From positions 64,001 through 128,000 of the forward strand of contig JAWVXD010000003.1 of assembly GCA_033723415.1 (NCBI GenBank): 64,000 nucleotides of DNA, in the 5' to 3' direction. The notes below the pieces were generated by a model that saw nothing but the letters and a program-made list of their open reading frames with translations, was not told the DNA's origin and searched no databases. This document shows positions 40,194-48,552 of the stretch, in pieces. This DNA is from Sulfurospirillaceae bacterium. GTDB taxonomy: Bacteria; Campylobacterota; Campylobacteria; Campylobacterales; Sulfurospirillaceae. Numbering within the stretch: the stretch's first letter is position 1; each line of letters starts with the position of its first letter. The position numbers and the translations under genes were made by a program.

Positions 40194-40843
40194 TGTTTTT
40201 CTATCTCCCTTAACAATATGATTTTTGTTCCTGTCTCAAAATAATGCTCTCTAATCACTTCTTCTATCTGTTTCTTATTCCTGGATTTTACTGCATCAAC
40301 AATCTTTTGATGCCTATTTGTGATCTCATCTAAGGTATATAACTTTGTCCAATTTCTAAAAAAAAGTATTTGAGATAATTTGTTTATTCTTTCCAGTGTT
40401 TCAAGAAAGACAAAGTTTTTTGCATATTTGAGATAATGTTTATGAAATAGTTCACCTATTTTTACTACTTTTTTTGAGTCATTTACCGATTTGCTCATTA
40501 GAAAGACATAATGCTGTAAAAGGTCCATATCTTCTTGCGTAGCATAAAGAGCAAAGTTTGATGCAAGAAAACCTTCAACGACACCTTTTGCTTCATATGT
40601 GTCAAAAATATCTTTTGAAGTTATCTCTTTTACAAAAACGCCTTTTCTTTCCACATGTTCTAATATTCCGATTGATACAAGTTGTGCAAGAGCTTCTCTT
40701 ACAGGAGCACGACTTACTTTTAATTTATTGGCTAGATGTGCTTCTCTTATTTGCATTTTCTTTTTATATTCTTCATTTACAATGGCATCATATACATAGT
40801 CTACGATCTTATCTCGAAGTGGTTTTTTGTGTAAATCTGACAT
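40190..40843 (-). CDS. GntR (FadR/FCD) family regulator
   Basis: E..LA..L.VSRAPVREAL helix-turn-helix; FH and H..I in the FCD domain; stop overlaps the next ATG. Confidence 0.93.
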   Translation of the reverse strand: MSDLHKKPLRDKIVDYVYDAIVNEEYKKKMQIREAHLANKLKVSRAPVREALAQLVSIGILEHVERKGVFVKEITSKDIFDTYEAKGVVEGFLASNFALYATQEDMDLLQHYVFLMSKSVNDSKKVVKIGELFHKHYLKYAKNFVFLETLERINKLSQILFFRNWTKLYTLDEITNRHQKIVDAVKSRNKKQIEEVIREHYFETGTKIILLREIEKQ

Positions 40844-40860
40844 CGCTATTTTTCCTTATA

Positions 40861-40894
40861 ATTGTCGACAATATTTATTGAATTGTCGACAATT
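40861..40894. promoter_or_regulatory. Two palindromic operators ATTGTCGACAAT
   Basis: 40861-40872 and 40882-40893 (the latter extends to AATTGTCGACAATT); centres 21 bp apart; adjacent to minus-strand TATAAT at 40892-40897. Confidence 0.8.
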
Positions 40895-41054
40895 ATATAA
40901 GAATTAACTTTATTCTTAACTTAAACTTTATTTTTAAATTATTAGTATTGCTCAATAATTTTTTCTAAAATTTCATATTTTTTAAAAAATAAGCAATAAA
41001 TGTAACAAATTGTAACCAAATATCAAATAACATGTGGTTTTAACTAAAAGTTTA

Positions 41055-41083
41055 TTGACATAAAACAAAAATAATACTTTAAT
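41055..41083 (+). promoter_or_regulatory. Sigma70-like promoter of the TAXI operon
   Basis: TTGACA-N17-TTTAAT. Confidence 0.55.
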
Positions 41084-41125
41084 AAAAACTGAATCTTCGT
41101 ATGATTTAAATAAACCTTAAAGGAG

Positions 41126-42091
41126 TTGAAATTGAGGAAATCTTTACTTATAGCGGCCAGTGTTTTGGTTGCAATACCGGCAGTGGTAAGTGCTACGCAA
41201 TTTATTACGATTGGTACAGGCGGCGTTACAGGTGTTTATTATCCAACTGGGGGTGCAATTTGCCGAATGGTAGACAAATCAAAAGCAAAGACACATATTA
41301 GATGTGCAGTCCAATCTACTGCAGGTTCTGTCTTCAATGTGAATTCTGTTAAATCAGGTGATCTAGATTTTGGTATCGCTCAAAGTGATGTGGTATATCA
41401 AGCTTACCATGGACAGGGAATATTCAAAGGAAAAGCGCATAAAAACTTGAGAACTCTTATGACGATTTATCCTGAATTGCTCACTTTAGTTGTTAGAAAA
41501 GACTCAGGTATTAAAAATATAAAAGATATTGAAGGGAAAAGAATAAATATAGGAAATCCTGGAAGTGGGCAAAGAAATTCAACAGATCTACTTTTTAAAG
41601 AAACATCTCTTAGCAAAAGTGGATTAAAAGAAGCAAAAGAGTTAAAAGCTGCAGAAATGCCTGATGCTCTTAAAGATGGTCATATAGACGGTTATTTCTA
41701 TATGGTAGGTCATCCAACTTCAAATATTAAAGATGCGGCAAATTCAGTTGATATAGATTTAATTAATATTACGTCTAAGACTCTACCTGGATTGACAAAA
41801 TTCTTGAAAAAACATCCTTATTATGCAATGGGAACTATTCCAAAAGATATGTATAAAGGTGTTGATCATGATACAAGAACTTTCGGTGTTAAAGCAACAT
41901 TGGTAACAAATGCTAAAACAAGCGATAAAGTTGTTTTGGCGGTTATGAAAGCTGTACTTGATAATTTTGCAGCATTTAAAAAACTTCACCCAGCATATAA
42001 AAATATAACAAAGAAAAGTTTACTTGAAGGGTTGGGAGCTCCTTTGCATCCAGCAGCTAAAGCATATTTCAAAAAACTTGGTATTTTGTAA
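41126..42091 (+). CDS. TAXI family TRAP transporter solute-binding protein
   Basis: IGTGGVTGVYYP.G, STAGSV.N, AQSD, GNPGSG, PLHPAA..YF. Confidence 0.94.
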   Translation: MKLRKSLLIAASVLVAIPAVVSATQFITIGTGGVTGVYYPTGGAICRMVDKSKAKTHIRCAVQSTAGSVFNVNSVKSGDLDFGIAQSDVVYQAYHGQGIFKGKAHKNLRTLMTIYPELLTLVVRKDSGIKNIKDIEGKRINIGNPGSGQRNSTDLLFKETSLSKSGLKEAKELKAAEMPDALKDGHIDGYFYMVGHPTSNIKDAANSVDIDLINITSKTLPGLTKFLKKHPYYAMGTIPKDMYKGVDHDTRTFGVKATLVTNAKTSDKVVLAVMKAVLDNFAAFKKLHPAYKNITKKSLLEGLGAPLHPAAKAYFKKLGIL

Positions 42092-42111
42092 AAATACTTT
42101 TGATTCTTCAA

Positions 42112-42136
42112 ATTGCCCTGCCTTTAGCGGGGCAAT
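42112..42136 (+). other. Intercistronic hairpin after the TAXI binding-protein gene
   Basis: ATTGCCCTGC-CTTTA-GCGGGGCAAT with no U tract; possibly stabilises the upstream mRNA. Confidence 0.5.
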
Positions 42137-42211
42137 AAATTAAGGATATCTCTAAAATACAGGAAGGGAATATTTTATAGATGTCCTAAAGATAATCTAC
42201 AAGGATAAAAC

Positions 42212-44380
42212 TTGAAAGAGAAAATTGATAAGGATGAATATTTAGAAGATATTCAAGATAAAAACAAAAAAGAATTCGATGAACTATCTGAGCTTGATGA
42301 AAGTAGTATCCCAAGTGAAGATCATATGACTGCCGAAGAGAAATTGATAAGTGAGCTTGAGGGACAAAGGGTATTTCAAAAAGGTACATATAAATATAAA
42401 TTTATAACAATAGTTGCATTTACTTGGTCATTGTTTCAGCTATTTATAGTTATGAATCCAATCAATAGTGTATTTTTGCGCTCAATTCACTTGGCTTTTG
42501 CCGTTGTTTTGGCATTTACACTTTATCCGATCATAAAAAAACCACATTTAAGAAATACAATAACTTGGTATGATTTGTTATTTGCAGCTATCGGTGTTGC
42601 TGCTGTATTATATCAATCTTATGAATATAGTGCGTTGGCTATGCGTTCAGGCTCTTGGACACAAACGGATGTAGTCATGGGAATGTTGGCAGTAGTTGTG
42701 GTATTGGAGACTGCAAGAAGAGTTATGGGTTTACCGCTATCTGTTGTTGCCATAGTGTTTTTGGTGTATGATTATTTTGGGCCGTATATGCCTGATATAA
42801 TTGCACATAAAGCCGCGAATTTCTTTCAGCTGGCTGGACAAATGTCTTTAACTTCTGAAGGGATTTATGGTGTACCTCTAGGAGTCAGTGCTTCCTATGT
42901 CTTTTTATTTGTTCTTTTTGGTTCCCTTCTAGATCGTGCAGGAGGGGGCGAATATTTTATAAAGCTTGCATATACTTTATTGGGAAGATATGATGGAGGC
43001 CCTGCAAAAGCTTCTGTTGCAGCCTCAGGTCTTATGGGTATGATCTCAGGTTCTTCTATAGCAAATACTGTTACGGTTGGAACCTTCACTATCCCTCTTA
43101 TGAAAAGATTGGGATTTTCATCAAATAAAGCAGCAGCTGTTGAAGTATCAGCATCTGTTAACGGTCAACTCATGCCTCCTATTATGGGTGCTGCAGCATT
43201 TATTATGGCGGAATTTTTAGGACTTAGCTATAGAGATGTTGTCTTTGCAGCATTTCTTCCTGCTTTTGTTTGTTATTTTTCTCTATTTTATATCGTTCAT
43301 TTAGAAGCAAAAAAAGCCGGTATAAAAGGGGAAGATCCATCCAAACTGGGACGAGCATGGCCTATTTTTATAAAAGGGCTACACTATTTAGTTCCTATAT
43401 TTTTTCTTATGTATACGCTAATAGTACTTAGACAATCGGCTCAAAGTGCTGCATTTAACGCAATCATATTTATGATGCTGATCATGGTTTTACAAAAGCC
43501 ACTAAGAGCAATATTAAATAAAGAAAAAATAACACGTAGTATTTTGATGGAAGGTTTTACAGACATCGGTCAAGGTATGATAAACGGTGCAAAAGGCATG
43601 ATACCTATAGCTGCCGCAACAGCCGTTGCAGGTATTATTGTGGGTTCTGTTACATTGACAGGTATCGGGTTGATCTTGGTTGATGTTATAGATCAGTTAT
43701 CACATGGATATATTATTCTGGTCTTGCTATTGACTGCTATCACTTCGTTGATATTAGGAATGGGGCTTCCAACGACTGCAAACTATATCGTTATGGCTTC
43801 TTTGACGGCTCCTGTTATAATGCAATTATCAGCTCAAAACGGATATGTCATCCCTATGCTTGCCGCTCATATGTTTGTATTTTATTTTGGTATTTTAGCA
43901 GATGATACGCCACCTGTGGGATTAGCGGCATATGCCGCTGCAGGGATAGCAAAGGCAGATCCTGTCAAAACAGGTTTGCAGGGATTCTTTTATGACATAA
44001 GAACAGGACTTTTACCGTTTATGTTCTTTTTTAATAACAAACTTCTGATGATAGATCATGTCGACAAATTAGATCCTGATGATTCTACAAAGTGGGTATG
44101 GATATCAAATCCTTTGGAAATAGGAGCTATTTTTCTTGCCGCCCTTCTTGGAATGTTTGCTTTTACATCAGCAACGCAAGGATGGATGCTTACCAAGATT
44201 AGCACAGTAGAAAGATTACTTCTTATATCTGTCATACCTTTTGCAATGCAGCCTCAACTTATGGTAAATCATCTGGATTTACCAAATGAATATGTCAGTT
44301 ATATTGTCGCTCTATTGATTTTTGTAGCTGTGTATATGATCCAAAAAGTAAAAGTTAAAAAAGAAGTTATTGCAAGTTGA
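42212..44380 (+). CDS. TRAP transporter 4TM/12TM fused permease (TAXI-associated)
   Basis: GGPAKA, SGSSIAN, GQLMPPIMGAAAF, GMGLPTTANY, DTPPVGLAAYAAAGIA. Confidence 0.94.
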   Translation: MKEKIDKDEYLEDIQDKNKKEFDELSELDESSIPSEDHMTAEEKLISELEGQRVFQKGTYKYKFITIVAFTWSLFQLFIVMNPINSVFLRSIHLAFAVVLAFTLYPIIKKPHLRNTITWYDLLFAAIGVAAVLYQSYEYSALAMRSGSWTQTDVVMGMLAVVVVLETARRVMGLPLSVVAIVFLVYDYFGPYMPDIIAHKAANFFQLAGQMSLTSEGIYGVPLGVSASYVFLFVLFGSLLDRAGGGEYFIKLAYTLLGRYDGGPAKASVAASGLMGMISGSSIANTVTVGTFTIPLMKRLGFSSNKAAAVEVSASVNGQLMPPIMGAAAFIMAEFLGLSYRDVVFAAFLPAFVCYFSLFYIVHLEAKKAGIKGEDPSKLGRAWPIFIKGLHYLVPIFFLMYTLIVLRQSAQSAAFNAIIFMMLIMVLQKPLRAILNKEKITRSILMEGFTDIGQGMINGAKGMIPIAAATAVAGIIVGSVTLTGIGLILVDVIDQLSHGYIILVLLLTAITSLILGMGLPTTANYIVMASLTAPVIMQLSAQNGYVIPMLAAHMFVFYFGILADDTPPVGLAAYAAAGIAKADPVKTGLQGFFYDIRTGLLPFMFFFNNKLLMIDHVDKLDPDDSTKWVWISNPLEIGAIFLAALLGMFAFTSATQGWMLTKISTVERLLLISVIPFAMQPQLMVNHLDLPNEYVSYIVALLIFVAVYMIQKVKVKKEVIAS

Positions 44381-44388
44381 CTAAAACT

Positions 44389-44423
44389 AGAAATGAGTGA
44401 TTGAATCGCTCATTTCTTTTCTT
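44389..44423 (+). terminator. Rho-independent terminator of the TAXI operon
   Basis: AGAAATGAGTGAT-TGA-ATCGCTCATTTCT followed by TTTCTT. Confidence 0.75.
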
Positions 44424-44441
44424 ATATCTAAATATCTGACA

Positions 44442-45713
44442 TTATATACCGATCGCCTCGCTTATTCCTCCGTTTGCACTGTGATATATGATTGTATGAT
44501 ACTTCCTAGAATAAAATTTTAAAAGAAGATTTTGTAAAGTCGGTTCAGTAGAAGGAGTGAACCAGGCATTGTTACTGATCGCGACCATTCGTTTTGGGTT
44601 ATTTTCGAAGAGTTCGTCCGTTGTGGCTTCAAAACATATAGCATTTCTAAATTTTTCCCCTTTGATATTAAAATCATGCGGTTTTTTTGCATTCGCAAAA
44701 TCACTTGAAGAGTTAAAAAATATACGATTGATAAACTTACCTAAGAATGAAGGTAAAGGAATCTCTTCACCAAAAGGGACAAGTACGACTTTGTTCGCTA
44801 TCTCTACATTTCCGTTTTGAAAAAAGTAAGTAGAGTTATATATTTTGTCATCCTTATACGACAACGCACCTGTTATAATGTCTATCCTTTTTGAAAGTGA
44901 TTCAAGTTTTACGAGTTCCTCAGGTGACATATCCAGATATATCGGGAAAGCCGTTTCCGGCAAAATGATCAAATCAAATTGGTTTTTTATAGCTTGTTCT
45001 ATTTGATAATAATTATTTTCCAAAATCTCGTTTTCATACTTGGGATCCCATTTGTCCTTTTGGTTAAGATGCATAGATACGGTTTTTATACGCAGAGTAT
45101 TATTATCAGCTTTGTGTGGCTGATTATATGTTGCTAAAAGTAAAAAAATCAAAGATAAAACTTTGTACCATCGTTTGAGCTTTACAAGCAGTAATATTGC
45201 GATCAAAAATGATATATATGTCATCATCAAGGGATTGAAATAAGAGTTCGACAAAGATAGTTCAAGTTTTAGCCAATTGAAACCAAAAGGATGAATAAAA
45301 CTTATCGCAAAAACTAGAAAAGTTTTGATATAGATATTGTTCTCAAAAGCTCCAACAATCCTAAAAATTATCCCGTATATGAGACCTATGCCTAAGATCA
45401 CAATAGGAATCAGATAAGCTAAATGATAGTAAATAAAACTAAAAGAAATCCAATAAAACCATAAGATCCCAATAAAAAAACCTATCCAAAAAAATTCATA
45501 ACGATTGCTTTTTAGAAGTAGATAAAATCCTAATATCGCGATTAGCGAATAGGCGGGTTTAGACTCGAAATTCAAATATGTTAAAAAAATAAAAATTGAT
45601 AAACAAAAAGCTACGGCAAAGCCTTTTATTATATAAGAAGTGGTAAAATGACCACTTACAAAATTTTTATTAAAGGATTTACATGCAAGGCGGTACAAGT
45701 ATGTTAACTTCAT
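44442..45713 (-). CDS. lnt: Apolipoprotein N-acyltransferase (start uncertain)
   Basis: TM region, then PFGFNW, LPETA, K..LVPFGE, ICFE, SNNAWF, HSAN. Confidence 0.9.
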   Translation of the reverse strand: MKLTYLYRLACKSFNKNFVSGHFTTSYIIKGFAVAFCLSIFIFLTYLNFESKPAYSLIAILGFYLLLKSNRYEFFWIGFFIGILWFYWISFSFIYYHLAYLIPIVILGIGLIYGIIFRIVGAFENNIYIKTFLVFAISFIHPFGFNWLKLELSLSNSYFNPLMMTYISFLIAILLLVKLKRWYKVLSLIFLLLATYNQPHKADNNTLRIKTVSMHLNQKDKWDPKYENEILENNYYQIEQAIKNQFDLIILPETAFPIYLDMSPEELVKLESLSKRIDIITGALSYKDDKIYNSTYFFQNGNVEIANKVVLVPFGEEIPLPSFLGKFINRIFFNSSSDFANAKKPHDFNIKGEKFRNAICFEATTDELFENNPKRMVAISNNAWFTPSTEPTLQNLLLKFYSRKYHTIIYHSANGGISEAIGI

Positions 45714-45955
45714 TACTTCCATTAGTCGTTCTTTTTGCGATTTTTTACTTCTTGGTTATAAGACCACAGCAGAAGCAGGCAAAACAACACAAAGAGATGA
45801 TCGAAGGTCTCAAAAAAGGAGACAAAGTCATAACTAGCGGAGGACTTATCTGTGAAGTTGTTAAACCTGAGGAGAATTTTATCAAAGTTTCACTTAATGA
45901 GAGTGTAATCGTTAAAATCTCAAAAGAATATATAGCGAAAAAAATAGATGAATAA
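45683..45955 (+). CDS. yajC: Preprotein translocase subunit YajC
   Basis: FYFLVIRPQQK, L.KGDKVITSGG. Confidence 0.95.
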   Translation: MQGGTSMLTSLLPLVVLFAIFYFLVIRPQQKQAKQHKEMIEGLKKGDKVITSGGLICEVVKPEENFIKVSLNESVIVKISKEYIAKKIDE

Positions 45956-47528
45956 GGGTGGATTAAATTACCGCTTGGTGATTTTTTTCATTGCAATAAT
46001 CTTCGGAGTGGGTTTTACTATGCCTACTCTGTTGCAAACTAAAAGTGGAGCAAAAATTGCCTTAGGATTGGATCTTCAAGGTGGGCTTCATATGCTTTTA
46101 GGCGTAAAAACCGATGAAGCAATTAAATCAAAAATGAAATCAATCGCATCAAGCGTAAAATTCTTTACGGATAATAATGACATAATTATAAATGATTTGA
46201 GAGTAAATAACGATCTAGTCACATTTACTCTTTTAGACGGGGATGAAGAAAAGAACTTAGATACAATGCTTGGCAAGATACAAGGATTGCAAGTCAAAAA
46301 AGACAAATTATCTTATACCCTGAGCCTTAGTGCAAAAGAAAAAATTGCCACTAAGAAATTTGCAGTTTCTCAAGCAGTTGAGACTATTCGTAACAGAATA
46401 GATCAGTTTGGATTGTCTGAACCGAATGTTGCAAAACAAGGTGAAGATAAGATACTTGTTGAGCTTCCAGGGATCAAAACGATAGAGCAAGAACAAAGAG
46501 CCAGAGCGTTGATAGCAAAAGCTGCTCACCTACAGCTAATGGCAGTGGATGAGAAAAAAGCCGATCAAGCTCAAAGTATGAGTGAAGATGAAGCTAGAGC
46601 TTACGGAGATGTTATCTTCCCTGATTCTACAAACCCTCAAAGAAAATATATAGTAAAAAGTGTTCCTATACTTGATGGTAGTATGCTAACTGACGCAAAG
46701 GTCGGCTTTAGTCAAATGAACCAGCCTGTTATCAACTTTACTCTCAACAGTGAAGGTGCCAAGATATTTGGTGATTATACTGCTAAAAATGTTGGAAATC
46801 ACTTAGCTATCGTTTTGGATAACGTTGTTTACTCTGCTCCGGTGATTCGTGAGAGAATAGGCGGCGGCAGCGGACAGATCAGTGGCGGCTTCAGTGTCAA
46901 AGAAGCACATGACGTGGCAATTGCTCTTAGAAGCGGGGCACTTTTGGCTCCTGTTACATTGTTGGAGAAAAGAAGTGTCGGACCAAGCCTAGGGGCTGAT
47001 AGTATCAAAGCAAGCCTTATCTCTTTGGTAGTAGGTTTTGTATTGGTTGTCTTGTTCATGATCATGTATTATGGCATGGCAGGTGTTATCGCTGATATTG
47101 CTTTGATAGTCAATCTATTCCTGGTGGTAGCGATTATGGCACTCTTTGGAGCTACGCTGACGCTTCCTGGTATGGCAGGTATCGTTCTGACGGTTGGTAT
47201 GGCCGTGGATTCAAACGTTATTATAAACGAACGGATTCGTGAGCTGTTTCGTGAAGGTGCCGGAGTTACCAGAGCCGTTGAAAAAGGTTATGAAAACGCT
47301 ATGAGCGCTATTTTGGATTCAAATATTACTACACTGATCGCAGCTGTCGTACTATATGCGTATGGGACTGGACCTATTAAAGGATTTGCAGTTACTATGA
47401 GTATTGGTATTATTGCATCTATGTTGACGGCGATCTTGGGAACTCATGGAATATATCAATATCTTATGCCATATATAGAAAAAAGTAAAAGCCTGCCATT
47501 TTGGTTTGGTGTAAAAAAAGGTAGATAA
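45948..47528 (+). CDS. secD: Protein translocase subunit SecD
   Basis: LGLDLQGG, LRSGAL, GMAVDSN, GPIKGFA. Confidence 0.97.
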   Translation: MNKGGLNYRLVIFFIAIIFGVGFTMPTLLQTKSGAKIALGLDLQGGLHMLLGVKTDEAIKSKMKSIASSVKFFTDNNDIIINDLRVNNDLVTFTLLDGDEEKNLDTMLGKIQGLQVKKDKLSYTLSLSAKEKIATKKFAVSQAVETIRNRIDQFGLSEPNVAKQGEDKILVELPGIKTIEQEQRARALIAKAAHLQLMAVDEKKADQAQSMSEDEARAYGDVIFPDSTNPQRKYIVKSVPILDGSMLTDAKVGFSQMNQPVINFTLNSEGAKIFGDYTAKNVGNHLAIVLDNVVYSAPVIRERIGGGSGQISGGFSVKEAHDVAIALRSGALLAPVTLLEKRSVGPSLGADSIKASLISLVVGFVLVVLFMIMYYGMAGVIADIALIVNLFLVVAIMALFGATLTLPGMAGIVLTVGMAVDSNVIINERIRELFREGAGVTRAVEKGYENAMSAILDSNITTLIAAVVLYAYGTGPIKGFAVTMSIGIIASMLTAILGTHGIYQYLMPYIEKSKSLPFWFGVKKGR

Positions 47529-48499
47529 TGCAAGTATTTTCAAAAGATAAAATTTATGATTTTATGGGTAAAAGCAATATTTTTATAGGTATATCGATCA
47601 TATTTATGTTATCATCATATTTCTTTTTATATACAAAAGGATTAAATTACGGTATCGACTTTGCAGGAGGTACCGTTGTTCAAGTTAGATATGACAAAAC
47701 AGCTCCGATAGATAAGATGAGAGAAAGTTTATCTAAAGATAAGGCTTTTGCAAATGCATCTATAACACAATTTGGTTCACCAAAAGAAGTAATTATCCGT
47801 TTTTCTACATCTAGCGGCAGTGTTAGTACAGATGCCGGCGATAAAATGAAAAAGATACTCAAAGGTACCGGTAATTTTGAGATAAGACGTGTTGATATAG
47901 TCGGTCCAAAAGTTGGAGGGGAACTCCGGCAAAAGGGTATGATGGCATTAGTTATGTCTATCATTGCCATCTTGGCATATGTTGCATTCAGATTTGATTG
48001 GCGTTTTGCCGTTGCATCTGTTGTGGCTTTGGTTCATGACGTGACTATTGCTATGGGGGCCGTTTCTCTCTTTCACGTGGATGTGAATTTGGATGTTTTG
48101 GCGGCTATCTTGACGCTCATGGGGTATTCTCTAAATGATACGATCATTGTATTTGACCGTATTCGTGAGACGATCGGTGAAACAAAAGATTTAGATCTTT
48201 TTACAGTTATCAATGATGCTGTTTCTAAGACTTTATCTAGAACATTGCTTACTTCGTTGACAGTATTTTTTGTTATATTGACACTTTATGCACTAGGCGG
48301 AGAAATTATCAGTAGTTTTAGTTTTACATTGTTAGTAGGGGTTGTCGTAGGAACTTACAGTTCAGTTTTCGTAGCTTCTCCTTTGCTGAAATGGCTAGGA
48401 TTTAACTTGAAACAATACAAAGAAAAAGAAGCCTTAAAGCTCAAGCAAAAATTAGAACGAGAAAAAACGAGAGCAATGTACGAAAAAGGCATGCTCTAA
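47528..48499 (+). CDS. secF: Protein translocase subunit SecF
   Basis: GIDFAGG, GYSLNDTIIVFDRIRE, GTYSS. Confidence 0.97.
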   Translation: MQVFSKDKIYDFMGKSNIFIGISIIFMLSSYFFLYTKGLNYGIDFAGGTVVQVRYDKTAPIDKMRESLSKDKAFANASITQFGSPKEVIIRFSTSSGSVSTDAGDKMKKILKGTGNFEIRRVDIVGPKVGGELRQKGMMALVMSIIAILAYVAFRFDWRFAVASVVALVHDVTIAMGAVSLFHVDVNLDVLAAILTLMGYSLNDTIIVFDRIRETIGETKDLDLFTVINDAVSKTLSRTLLTSLTVFFVILTLYALGGEIISSFSFTLLVGVVVGTYSSVFVASPLLKWLGFNLKQYKEKEALKLKQKLEREKTRAMYEKGML

Positions 48500-48552
48500 C
48501 GAGCAGGCCTTTAATGCAAAAAATAATTCTAAGTATATAATTTTATGGAGAG

